A DNA stretch of 60,440 nucleotides, from positions 1 through 60,440 of the IMG/VR virus record IMGVR_UViG_3300037070_004226; one strand, given 5' to 3'. The notes under the pieces are model-generated. The model was not told the DNA's origin. It ran no database searches and worked only from the letters and a program-made list of their open reading frames with translations. The position numbers were made by a program, and so were the translations under genes. This document shows positions 20,414-29,531 of this stretch, piece by piece; positions within the stretch are counted from its first letter, which is position 1; each line of letters starts with the position of its first letter. Source of the stretch: a virus (Duplodnaviria; Caudoviricetes).

Positions 20414-22765
20414 CTACGTTGCGGACGGAGACGAGGACGGAGTGTTTGAAACGGACGAGGAGCGGCTGCTCGATGGCGTATTCGACACGGACGAGGACGG
20501 AGTGTTTGACACCGACGAGGACGGCGAGGGGCTGCTTGAGGGTGTGTTCGACGTGGACCCAGAAGCGGTGCTCGACGGCGAAGCCGAGGTACTCGTGCTT
20601 GGCGTGTTCGACACCGACGCCGAGGGGGAATGCGATTGACTGCTCGAAGGGCTGCTTGACGCTGACGACGACGGCGAAGGACTGCTGGAAGGAGACACAG
20701 AAGGAGAAGTCGAGGGACTGGCCGAAGCCGACGCGGATGGCGAGGACGAAACGCTTCTGGACGGGCTGGCAGACCGCGAGGACGACGGCGACGGGCTGCT
20801 CGACGTGGACGCCGAAGGTGACGCCGAGGGGGTGTTCGACACGCTGGCGGAAGGCGAACTCGACACAGAAGCCGAAGCAGTGCTCGATGGCGACGAAGAA
20901 ACGGACGCGGAGGGCGATGTGGATGTCGAAGCGGAGCGGCTGGAGGAAGGCGTATTCGAGACTGATGCGGACGGCGACGTGGACGGCGAACTTGATGTCG
21001 AGGCCGAGGGCGAAGTCGAGGGGGAAGCCGAAGCGGATGCGGACGGCGTGCTGGAGACCGACGCGGATCGGGACGACGACGGAGAATGAGAGACCGAGGC
21101 AGAGGGAGACGTGGAGGGAGACCCCGAAGGGCTGCTCGAACAGGAAACCACGCCAGGATCAACGATGTTGGCCGTGCTTCCCCGCCACTGACCCGAGGTT
21201 TCTGTATTTACAGTAAGTCCCTCGAACGCCCATCTCTCACACGACTGAAGCCACAAGACCGCCCAGACCGACCGGACGCGGGGGTAGCACATAATCGCCC
21301 GTCCGCTGATCCAGTTCCCGGAGCCTTTGACGTAGGTTGAATAACTCGTTCCGGCCTGGTACGCCTCGATCGCTAGCTTCACGTTGTCCGCCGCTTCTTC
21401 CGCAGTGTCCCCAGTGATGATCCGCCAGTTCACTCTCCCGCCGCCGGCCGCGAGCTGCGCGTGCATGTTCAGCATCCGCCCGAAGTACCCAGGGCGGCCG
21501 AGCCGGAAGGGGCCGATGGCGACGTGCGACGAAATCTCGTTCCCATCGTCGTCAGCCCCGCCGACCTTGCGGATGTACCCGTCACTGCCGGCCAATAAGA
21601 GCATTCCACGGTAATTACAGACCGCCAGCGGGGAGAGGCTGTCCCGATAGAACCTCATCGGCCAGAACGCCTTGGACACCGTTTCGTACAGCCAGTGGGT
21701 GTCAGAACCCGCAGCGGTTCGGAGGTAGATATGGAACGCCCTGCGCTCCTGGTCCCACCCGAGGGAGACCGTTGTGTCCGTGATGTGGATGTCCCTGAGC
21801 TCATCCGGCACGACGTCCGGAGTGAGGGCCGTCAGGTTGGAACCATCGGCGTTCACGGAATAGAGCCCGTCTTCCGAGAGGAACACGATCGACGTGTCCG
21901 TCTTCACCCAGGCTTTCGCGCCAACGATGCCGACCTCTTCGGAGACCCTTTGCAGAGATCCGCCCGCGGTGGGGTCGCCATTCACCACCCAGATTCCCCT
22001 GGACGTGAAGCAGAGCAGGTATTTATCCAGGCAGGGGACGATGGCCAGAGGCCGGGCACCGACATCCGCAGCGAGTGACAACTGGAACGCCAGCGCCCGG
22101 CCCGAGTCATTGAAGTGCGCCCCGTAATCGAAGTCGCCGTACACCCCCTGCCGAGACATGTAGATCGCGTTGTCCTGCCCGGCCATGCACAGCCGGTCGC
22201 GGTAGACCGCCCCGAACGTGCAATTCGTCGGAATCGTGCTGCCGGCGACGGCGACGAGGTTGTCGACCTGCCGCGTCTTGGGGTCCATCTGCACGACGCC
22301 GCTGGTGGTGACGGCGAACACCTTCTGCTTCCCAGCCACCAGGAAACCGCTGGCGGGAGCCGTTCCCTCGCTGACGATGATGGGGTTCTCGTTCTCATCG
22401 GTGATGATGTCGCCCGCTTCGTTCGTCAGGTAAGCCACCGTCGTCGTCAGAACGCCGTTGTCAATCGTGGCAATCGAGGAATCGACCAGCACGAACAGGA
22501 CTTCGCTCGCCCCGCCGGCCGCCGAGGAGACGTTCACCGCGATCATGTCGTCGATCGTGGTTCCGAGGGAAGCCGAGTGGTATTTCGTCAGTCCGTTCCG
22601 ACTTCCCCCACGGAGTCGGCGGTCCAATGGGTCTTCAATGCGGACGTTTACCGACCAGGGACTCGGGAAGGCCACGCGGGAATCCGGGCTGGAACGCACC
22701 GCTTCCCGGCGGACAACGCCCCGCATCGGCCATCGAAGATCAAGAGTCTTTTTCGGCATCGCCAT
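20414..22765 (-). CDS. Tail nozzle / DNA-stabilisation-like protein (P22 gp10 / T7 gp12-like) with a ~240-aa Ser-rich C-terminal tail
   Basis: Beta-propeller-like motifs (YRDRL..IYMSRQG..DFDY, VGIVG..IVFLSEDGLY); position after the adaptor; S/P/A/T tract at 20417..21146. Confidence 0.7.
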   Translation of the reverse strand: MAMPKKTLDLRWPMRGVVRREAVRSSPDSRVAFPSPWSVNVRIEDPLDRRLRGGSRNGLTKYHSASLGTTIDDMIAVNVSSAAGGASEVLFVLVDSSIATIDNGVLTTTVAYLTNEAGDIITDENENPIIVSEGTAPASGFLVAGKQKVFAVTTSGVVQMDPKTRQVDNLVAVAGSTIPTNCTFGAVYRDRLCMAGQDNAIYMSRQGVYGDFDYGAHFNDSGRALAFQLSLAADVGARPLAIVPCLDKYLLCFTSRGIWVVNGDPTAGGSLQRVSEEVGIVGAKAWVKTDTSIVFLSEDGLYSVNADGSNLTALTPDVVPDELRDIHITDTTVSLGWDQERRAFHIYLRTAAGSDTHWLYETVSKAFWPMRFYRDSLSPLAVCNYRGMLLLAGSDGYIRKVGGADDDGNEISSHVAIGPFRLGRPGYFGRMLNMHAQLAAGGGRVNWRIITGDTAEEAADNVKLAIEAYQAGTSYSTYVKGSGNWISGRAIMCYPRVRSVWAVLWLQSCERWAFEGLTVNTETSGQWRGSTANIVDPGVVSCSSSPSGSPSTSPSASVSHSPSSSRSASVSSTPSASASASPSTSPSASTSSSPSTSPSASVSNTPSSSRSASTSTSPSASVSSSPSSTASASVSSSPSASVSNTPSASPSASTSSSPSPSSSRSASPSRSVSSSPSASASASPSTSPSVSPSSSPSPSSSASSSPSSSQSHSPSASVSNTPSTSTSASPSSTASGSTSNTPSSSPSPSSSVSNTPSSSVSNTPSSSRSSSVSNTPSSSPSAT

Positions 22766-23702
22766 CGTGCCACGAAGGAATCGGCTTGAAATGCTCAACA
22801 AGCCATGATAACGGACGGACGGCCAGTGGCCACGCATCTTTTAGCCACAAATCCCTGGAATGGTCCCGAGCCTTGTCGATGTCCCTTTGCGAGATTTCGT
22901 AGGGCCAGGACGATTCTCCGTTCTGTCCGAAGTTCCCCGTGCGGAAGAGATGCGAGATCCAGGTGTCGAGATTCGTCACCATCCGGCCCCCGGAGAGCCA
23001 GGCTTTGCAGGCGAGCTCGGTCCCGTACTGGCCCCAGCTTCCGTGAGATTCATCCATCCCCCCGAGCTTCTTGAACCGCTTCCGGTCCATCAGGAAGGCG
23101 CAGCCGATACAGCTCATCGTCTCGACGATGCCCGAGGGGGCCTGCCGCTTGTACTCCGGGGAGTGAACGTAGTGACGCCAGTATTGGAAGTGAAGCGTTC
23201 GGTCGAACATCCACGAGGTCGTAGGGGCGTACTCGACTCTGGGCTGCCAGACCATGACCTTACTGAAGTCCGTTCCCTTGCACTCCTTGCACTCGACCGG
23301 CTTCGTCCCCTGGTACTGTCTCTCCCCGCAGCCGTTGCAGTGCCAGTCGAAGACATGGAGCCGGTGCATCGACGGAATCATCGTCATGTCCGGCTCCATC
23401 TTGGCCAGGAGCTTCCGGTCGAAGCCCTCGTCGGTCGAGCAATGGGCGTCGAGTTTCATCACGTACTTCGCCCGGCTGACGTGCGCCCCATAGTTGGTCG
23501 CCGCCCGCTGGCCTACCGCGGTGCCAAAGTGAAGCACCTGAAGCCGCGGGTGATGAACGAGGGGAGGATTCGGCCAGTACGAATCGCAGACCGCAATGAC
23601 CTCGGTCGATTCGTCAGAGTGGGCGAGAACGTCGTCCACGGTATGCCGCATGAATTCTTCGTTGCGGCCGGGAATAATCACGCTGAGGAGTTTAGCCGCC
23701 AC
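22740..23702 (-). CDS. GT-A glycosyltransferase resembling the polypeptide GalNAc-transferase catalytic domain
   Basis: SVIIPGRNE, KLDAHC (DxH), LGGMDESHGSWG..ELACKAWLSGG..HLFR; contains a CxxC..CxxC insert. Confidence 0.85.
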   Translation of the reverse strand: MAAKLLSVIIPGRNEEFMRHTVDDVLAHSDESTEVIAVCDSYWPNPPLVHHPRLQVLHFGTAVGQRAATNYGAHVSRAKYVMKLDAHCSTDEGFDRKLLAKMEPDMTMIPSMHRLHVFDWHCNGCGERQYQGTKPVECKECKGTDFSKVMVWQPRVEYAPTTSWMFDRTLHFQYWRHYVHSPEYKRQAPSGIVETMSCIGCAFLMDRKRFKKLGGMDESHGSWGQYGTELACKAWLSGGRMVTNLDTWISHLFRTGNFGQNGESSWPYEISQRDIDKARDHSRDLWLKDAWPLAVRPLSWLVEHFKPIPSWHDGDAEKDS

Positions 23703-24441
23703 GATGTCTCGCGCTCTTTCCGGGGTTTTTGTGGAACCAGTTACGCTCCGTCTTCCGGCTCAGGGTATGAAACAGCCCCTGCGGATCGGCGTCCACGTCC
23801 CCGACGTATTTGCCGTTTGGGAAGTGGTATATCTTCGGGCGGTGGGTGCAGACTTGGCTTCCCTCTCCACCACGCTTCAGCTCGTAAGTCCGCCAGGCAC
23901 TGCGGAAGGCCCTGTCCTCACCCTGGGGGTAGGGCTTTTCCACGAGGTCTTCCCGGTATCCGCCCAGTTCCCAGAACACGTCCCTCCGCATGGCGAAGTT
24001 GTTCGGAAGCGGGCCATGAGCCAAGCTCACGTTCTTCGGGAGCCCGTAGGTTTCGAGAACGTCTCGGTCCTGGGTCAGCCGGCCATTTTCATCCAGCACC
24101 CCAAACTCACGGACGAATTGGACTTTGACGCCGGTGAATTCCCTGATGAATTTGATCGCGTACCTGGGGACGATGTGGTCGAGGTCGTACATCATGAGGT
24201 ATTCGCCCTTGGCGATTCTGGCCCCGGCGTTCCGGGCGAGGGCCCACGTCCAGGGGCGCTTGTCGTTCGTCCTGATAATCGTCGCAATGTGGTCAAAGTT
24301 GTTCTCGATGGGCGGGTCGCTCCCGTCATCCACCAGAATCAACTCGGTGTCTCCGGGCAGGCCGATGTTGTAGAAGTGCAGCAGTTGCCGGCGAACCACT
24401 TCATGCGAATTCAAACATGGTATTACGATGCTCAACTTCAC
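23692..24441 (-). CDS. GT2-family glycosyltransferase
   Basis: KLSIVIP, ILVDDGS, ARNAGA, DLDH, LGGYRE..GED. GTG start overlaps the methyltransferase stop. Confidence 0.9.
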   Translation of the reverse strand: MKLSIVIPCLNSHEVVRRQLLHFYNIGLPGDTELILVDDGSDPPIENNFDHIATIIRTNDKRPWTWALARNAGARIAKGEYLMMYDLDHIVPRYAIKFIREFTGVKVQFVREFGVLDENGRLTQDRDVLETYGLPKNVSLAHGPLPNNFAMRRDVFWELGGYREDLVEKPYPQGEDRAFRSAWRTYELKRGGEGSQVCTHRPKIYHFPNGKYVGDVDADPQGLFHTLSRKTERNWFHKNPGKSARHRGG

Positions 24442-25082
24442 GATCCCAGCCCAGCCCTTTCCGCCCCCCGCATCCAGAACGCGGTCGGCTCCATGTCCCG
24501 CGTCACGTACCACGGGTCAATCCAGTGGGAATGGGTGTAGCCATCGACCGCCTTAATCACTCCGGACATGCCGAACGAGCAGTAGTCGTGAACCAGGACC
24601 AGACCGCCTTCACGGACCTTCGGTGCCCAGCGAATGATTCCTTGAACACAGGCATCGAACGTGTGATCGTCGTCGATGTTCACCGCGTCGAGAGAACCGT
24701 CCTCGAAGTCTTCCACGGCGTCGAGACTGGCCTTCCTGAGAATCGTGAACCCGTACTGTTCCGCGTGCAGCATGGCCGCGACGTAGATTTTGTCCTGACT
24801 CTCCTGCGAAACCCGGTGGTAAGCCCGATAGGGGTCGATGCAGGTGAGGTCCAGTCCGGGAATGTTTTCCTTCCAGAGAATCGCTGATGCCCCGTAGCGC
24901 GTCCCCACTTCAACCATCTTCTTCACGCCCAGGTCACGCATGGTGAGGGCCAGGGACAGTCGGCCTTTGCCATCCCTGCCGGTCCTGTGGAGGGACGTGG
25001 CCAGAATCGGCAGGTTGTCCAGTCCGCCCTGGAACCGGAAATGCTTATTAAGCGCTTTTCGCAAGTCGAGCATCGTCTGCAA
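24438..25082 (-). CDS. Class I SAM-dependent methyltransferase (Methyltransf_24-like, possible sugar O-methyltransferase)
   Basis: VEVGTRYGASA, CIDPY, IDDDH, GGLVLVHDY. Confidence 0.85.
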   Translation of the reverse strand: MQTMLDLRKALNKHFRFQGGLDNLPILATSLHRTGRDGKGRLSLALTMRDLGVKKMVEVGTRYGASAILWKENIPGLDLTCIDPYRAYHRVSQESQDKIYVAAMLHAEQYGFTILRKASLDAVEDFEDGSLDAVNIDDDHTFDACVQGIIRWAPKVREGGLVLVHDYCSFGMSGVIKAVDGYTHSHWIDPWYVTRDMEPTAFWMRGAERAGLGS

Positions 25083-25785
25083 TTCCTTCGTTGTAGATAC
25101 GGGTGATTTCCTTAGCCCGACCCCAAATCGGGATGTCGAACGCCTTCAGTTCCCCCGGCTTCCGCGCCAACCCCTTAGTTCCAATGTAGGTGGGGCTGAG
25201 ACCGTCGGGATGGCATAGGTTAACCATGGGCTCGATACAATACCACTCCACCAGCTTGTTTCGGCGGACGCCCAGAATCTTCTCGACCTCGCGCCGTCCG
25301 ATTTCCCCGGTGTAATCCCTGCCCTGGGGCCACTTCTCTTCTCTCTCTTCGAGGGCATCTACGACCAGCTTCCTTGGGCCGATCATCGTGAAATTCCCGT
25401 GCTTCCTGATGGCTGAGTAGTACGGGTTTTCGTCCCATGACATAACCGACCAGCGGGACATATCGTAGGCCACCTCGTCGTCCCGCGGGCGGAAGTCGCT
25501 GAAGTGCCGCTTCGTATAAAGCGTGTCGTCCTCTGCCACGGCCACGTACTTCGTTTCCGCCAGGGCCGCACCCCTGAGAAGCTGGCGGTACACGTTCCAA
25601 GCACGGAATGGCCCGTCTTGAATCAGATAGCCGGTTGCCGGTCGGGTCGGCTCCTCGACCGGCTTCGCGGAAATGACGATCATCGGCCTGCCTTCCGTGG
25701 CACGAAGAAGATGCTCCCAGTGGAATTTCACCCACCGGGAAGGCATCTTGTTGCACGTCAGATACACAACCGTAAGGTCGCTCAT
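25048..25785 (-). CDS. GT-A-fold glycosyltransferase-like protein
   Basis: N-terminal LTVVYLT strand; AETKYVAVAEDDTLY with a DxD-like EDD motif. Confidence 0.65.
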   Translation of the reverse strand: MSDLTVVYLTCNKMPSRWVKFHWEHLLRATEGRPMIVISAKPVEEPTRPATGYLIQDGPFRAWNVYRQLLRGAALAETKYVAVAEDDTLYTKRHFSDFRPRDDEVAYDMSRWSVMSWDENPYYSAIRKHGNFTMIGPRKLVVDALEEREEKWPQGRDYTGEIGRREVEKILGVRRNKLVEWYCIEPMVNLCHPDGLSPTYIGTKGLARKPGELKAFDIPIWGRAKEITRIYNEGIADDARLAKSA

Positions 25786-26321
25786 TACGTGGGCGACGGG
25801 CTTGCGGACGGAGAACCGGACGCGGACGCCGAGGGCGACGTCGAGGCCGAAGGCGTATTCGACACGGACGCTGATGGTGACGTGGAAGCCGATGGCGTAT
25901 TCGAAGCCGACGCCGAGGGCGACGTGGACGGGCTGCTCGACGCCGAGGCCGAAGCGATGACCGTTCCCAGGTTCCCTTCGAGGGCTTCCCAGCGGAACAC
26001 GCCGGCGCTGACCGTCACCGAAATGAGGCTCAGGAAGTCGCTGGCGTCCGCAAAGGTCGCTTGCGTTTCCCCGGCCACGTTGAAGCCGCCGGTCGCAGTG
26101 ACAACGATGTCACCACCGCCATCCGTCTTGATTCGGAGGACCAGCCGAATTCCCGGCTTGGTCGGCCTGGGGAGCGTGCGGGTTTCCCCGGAAGCGCCGC
26201 TGACCATCTCACAGATTTGGAGATCCATCTTCGGCCGGATGATTCCGGCGTTGCCTGGGTCTTTGAGGATCTTCGGGCCTTTGTACAGGTCGTGGTGAAG
26301 TCTGGAAGCTGGCGTGCCCAT
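25785..26321 (-). CDS. Putative virion protein with a 56-aa Ser-rich C-terminal tail
   Basis: Paralog of 26371..26733 plus a PSASxS tract. Confidence 0.8.
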   Translation of the reverse strand: MGTPASRLHHDLYKGPKILKDPGNAGIIRPKMDLQICEMVSGASGETRTLPRPTKPGIRLVLRIKTDGGGDIVVTATGGFNVAGETQATFADASDFLSLISVTVSAGVFRWEALEGNLGTVIASASASSSPSTSPSASASNTPSASTSPSASVSNTPSASTSPSASASGSPSASPSPT

Positions 26322-26370
26322 TTGGGAACCCTTTCTGAAGTGAGGAACAGGTGCCGTAGCACCAGAGGAA

Positions 26371-26733
26371 CTAAGCCGCGTAAGCGATGCGTCTGGTCAT
26401 AATCTGCCAGCGGAAGGTGCCGAGAGTGGCAGTTTCCACCGAGATCAGGGAAAGCAGGTCGCTCGCGTCTCCGAACGTCGCCTTGCTTTCCCCAGCGTTA
26501 TTGAGTCCGTTGGTGACTGTCACCACGATGTCCCCGCCATCCGTCATCAGGCGAAGCACGAAGCGGATGCCGGATTTCCTGGGGGCGGCCAAGGTGCGGG
26601 TCTGGGCCGCGGTGGAGACCATCTCGCAGATTTGCAGGTCTTCCCGGACGTGAATCGTCTTGCCGTCTCCGGGGTCGGTAAGCAGCTTGTCGGCTTCGTA
26701 GAGTGCTGCGTGGACGCGATGTTGACTGGGCAT
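26371..26733 (-). CDS. Putative virion protein, tail-less paralog of 25785..26321
   Basis: Shared DLQICEMVS, TRTL, TDGG.DIVVT, DASDxLSLISV and FRW; AAGGA RBS before ATG 26733. Confidence 0.8.
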   Translation of the reverse strand: MPSQHRVHAALYEADKLLTDPGDGKTIHVREDLQICEMVSTAAQTRTLAAPRKSGIRFVLRLMTDGGDIVVTVTNGLNNAGESKATFGDASDLLSLISVETATLGTFRWQIMTRRIAYAA

Positions 26734-26776
26734 GTGAAAATCCTTGTGAAAGGAAGAGGAAGGGAGATCAGTCGGA

Positions 26777-27193
26777 TTACAGTTCGTCTGTCTCGTAAAT
26801 CGCTTCGATGGAACCCGTGAGGGTGTTTCCGCCCTGGGCCACGACAACCTTGATTCGCATATCCACCAGGGGGATGCGTTCGGAGGGAACGGTTCCAAGG
26901 GCTCCGGTCGCCGAGTTGGAGTTCGTCGGGGTGGCACGGGGGTACAGGAATGAATTCCCTGTCCCCAGATTGAGCTTGGTCAGAATCGGGGTTCCGGCTG
27001 GAGCAGCGTATCCAGCAGGAGGGTTCGCAGGGACTGCCTCCTCCGCGGTGATCGTCAGGTCTGCCCCTGTGACAATCGTTCCGGGGCGGTAGATGATCAT
27101 GTGGAGGTAGCCACGAATCTTCGACCCCAGGTACACGGTCGCGTCTCCGCCAGAACTGGTCACGATGGCGGTCGTTACTCTTTTGAGCAGCAT
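26777..27193 (-). CDS. Hypothetical virion protein
   Basis: 138-aa beta-rich ORF in the structural operon. Confidence 0.65.
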   Translation of the reverse strand: MLLKRVTTAIVTSSGGDATVYLGSKIRGYLHMIIYRPGTIVTGADLTITAEEAVPANPPAGYAAPAGTPILTKLNLGTGNSFLYPRATPTNSNSATGALGTVPSERIPLVDMRIKVVVAQGGNTLTGSIEAIYETDEL

Positions 27194-27200
27194 GGTTCAC

Positions 27201-28436
27201 CTATAGGATGTCTGAATCCAACGTAATCGTTCCAATGCGGGAGGCGCGGGCCGTTTCATAATCCCAACCGCAGCCGTAACCGTCCCCTACATCACGCCCA
27301 AGATGAGTGGGGCTGGATTTCTCTAAGTCGGCTCGAATTGCCAGGGGGAGCATCAGCATGAACCGTTCGGTGTGGCGTTTGCTTTCCTCGTCGTAGTTCC
27401 GTTCCGCGGCCGCGAGACATGCTTCAATGATAACCTGAGTGAGGGTCTCTCCGCCAACGGGATATTGGTTTGTTTCGTCTACCATCGTCGGGCGAAGGAT
27501 CATGGGGACCTTCAGGACATAGGCCGCGTCTGGGGTCGGGTAGAGTGCCAGCCGCTTCCGGGATCCCACGGTGGGGTCGAACAGGGCCGTTCGCACCGAG
27601 TAGAACAAGGGCCGATCGTAGTAGGGGTCGCCCTGGTGAAGCCCGCGCCCGCGGCTGTCATGCCGCTGCACCAGCGCCGGGTAAAAGTCCGACTGGCCTG
27701 GTTCGTAGGTCAAGGCGCTATCCGGGGAAATCGCTTCAAACGCCGCGGGAAGGTCGTACTCCTCACGCCCGAGCTCGTAAGTGGTCAGGGCGGCCGCGGT
27801 GACGGTTACGTCTTCCAGAGTGATCTGGGTAGCGGTGTCCCGCGAATCCACGTCGTAATAGTTGTCCCCGATCCTCAGAACGCCCACCGCCGCCCAGGTC
27901 GGCCAGGTTCCGCCCGCCAGCGTCACTACTCCCGCCACAACGGTAATGGTCCCGGTCGTGTACGGAGCGGTCGTCGTGATCTCGGCGATCGGCCGGAAGA
28001 AGCTCCAGGGATGGGCCGTATAAACGTCGTGCAGACCGTCCCGGATGCACTCTTCGATGCAGTCGAGTTGCACTGAGTCGAACCCCGTCCTGATTCCGTA
28101 CAGGAAATGCCCCACCCTGTCGGTGAGCATCGAGTAGCTGGCGACCATCGTGCCCGTTTCGGCGCGAGCCGGAATGTCAATCTCAAAGTGGAAGGTTGAG
28201 GAGGCGTACACGAATTCGACGTAAGCCGTGTAGGCGATGTCCTGAATGTCCTCGAATGAGTATTCATAGACCCCAGTGGACACGTTGGTCATGTTCGTGC
28301 CGTCCGCCACGACGACGGCATCGGTGTCATTCCGCTTGATCCCGTAGGTCCCCGTGGGATCGGACATCTTGGCGGTGGTCACATTCGTCAGAACCCCGTC
28401 CACGCTCCACGTTTTACGGATTAGTCGTGTGGCCAT
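27201..28436 (-). CDS. Head-tail adaptor (tail tubular protein A-like) with extra beta domains
   Basis: HPWSFFR, EYDLP..F, LYPTPDAAYVL motifs typical of podoviral adaptors. Confidence 0.7.
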   Translation of the reverse strand: MATRLIRKTWSVDGVLTNVTTAKMSDPTGTYGIKRNDTDAVVVADGTNMTNVSTGVYEYSFEDIQDIAYTAYVEFVYASSTFHFEIDIPARAETGTMVASYSMLTDRVGHFLYGIRTGFDSVQLDCIEECIRDGLHDVYTAHPWSFFRPIAEITTTAPYTTGTITVVAGVVTLAGGTWPTWAAVGVLRIGDNYYDVDSRDTATQITLEDVTVTAAALTTYELGREEYDLPAAFEAISPDSALTYEPGQSDFYPALVQRHDSRGRGLHQGDPYYDRPLFYSVRTALFDPTVGSRKRLALYPTPDAAYVLKVPMILRPTMVDETNQYPVGGETLTQVIIEACLAAAERNYDEESKRHTERFMLMLPLAIRADLEKSSPTHLGRDVGDGYGCGWDYETARASRIGTITLDSDIL

Positions 28437-28445
28437 GTTAGCTCC

Positions 28446-29531
28446 TTAGATGACGATGATGTCGCTGTCGGCATCGGTTTCATCCCCCGGAGAGGGCGAA
28501 GACGAAGGGCTTGCCGATACAGATGATGATACGGAGGAACTGGGACTGGGGGAGGAACTGGGACTGGAAGAGACTGAGGAAGAGGGCGACGGAGAAGCGC
28601 TTGGGCTGCCGCTTACGCTCGACGATGGACTGGTGGATGGCGAACTGCTTTTACTACTGCTGGGAGTGTTCGACGCCGAAGCGCTGGGAGTGTTGCTGAC
28701 GCTCGAAGATGGGGATGCGGAAGGACTGCTGCTGACCGAACTGCTTGGGCTTGGAGAGCTCGACGGTGATGACGAAGCCGAAGCGCTGGGGGTGCTCGAC
28801 GCCGATGAGGAGGGTGTACTGCTGGGGGAACTCGACACCGAGGACGAAGCGGTCGAGGACGCCGAGCCTGAAGGCGATGAGGAGGCTGCACCGGAATAGG
28901 TGAGGACGATTCTGCCAGAACCGCCCGTCGTTCCGTTCGCCGTGGCACCACCACCGCCACCACCGCCACCAGGAGCCGAACCTGCGGCCCCGGCCTGCCC
29001 TGTGCTGCCACCGTTGCCGCCGTTTCCAGCCCCTGTTACGCCAGAGCCACCGGCCCCTCCGCTGACGCCAGAACCGGCGTCGCCGTTGTCACCGTTGGCC
29101 GCGGTTCCTCCTGATGATCCACCGCCACCAGCCCCACCTGAACCTGAAGCGTTTCCGCCGTTTCCGCCCGAGAACTTGGTATCGCCAGTCCCCGAAGCCG
29201 ATGCCCCGCCAGTTCCACCAGTACCAACCGACCCGGTAAGACCACCCTTGGCCAGACAGACAACCGTTACATCGTCATCGTCCGCGAAGTAGGTATCCCC
29301 GCCAGAGTTCCCAGGGCCGGAACCTCCAGCGCCTACAGACCAGCCATAGAGCAGGCCCGCAGTGACAGCCCATGCGTTCGTCTTGGAATACCCACCACCA
29401 CCACCACCACCTTCTCCGTTGGTATTGACGCCGCTTGAACCGCCGCCCCCCCAGCATTCAACGGCAACGGACGTGACGCCAACCGGGCATTCCCAGTCGC
29501 CAGTCCCTGAAGTGAAGGTTTCTTGGGCCAT
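28446..29531 (-). CDS. Glycine-rich domain protein with a ~130-aa Ser-rich tract
   Basis: TFTSGTGDW.CP.GVTSV.VECWGGGG...GGSGRIVLTY glycine-rich phage domain, followed by a PSSS/PSAS tract. Confidence 0.8.
   Translation of the reverse strand: MAQETFTSGTGDWECPVGVTSVAVECWGGGGSSGVNTNGEGGGGGGGYSKTNAWAVTAGLLYGWSVGAGGSGPGNSGGDTYFADDDDVTVVCLAKGGLTGSVGTGGTGGASASGTGDTKFSGGNGGNASGSGGAGGGGSSGGTAANGDNGDAGSGVSGGAGGSGVTGAGNGGNGGSTGQAGAAGSAPGGGGGGGGATANGTTGGSGRIVLTYSGAASSSPSGSASSTASSSVSSSPSSTPSSSASSTPSASASSSPSSSPSPSSSVSSSPSASPSSSVSNTPSASASNTPSSSKSSSPSTSPSSSVSGSPSASPSPSSSVSSSPSSSPSPSSSVSSSVSASPSSSPSPGDETDADSDIIVI

Noticed and set aside
20352-21216. Asp/Glu/Gly-rich + strand ORFs and the Arg/Pro-rich alternative-frame ORF 20392..21162 (similarly 25504..26298, 28450..28899, 29650..30351)
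   Set aside because: These are shadows of the Ser-rich tracts. They oppose or overlap the operon-consistent - strand genes and have no independent support.
22740-25785. Glycosyltransferases as DNA hypermodification enzymes
   Set aside because: No hydroxymethylase or other base-modifying partner was seen, and the cassette lies in the virion operon rather than with replication genes. Disfavoured, not excluded.
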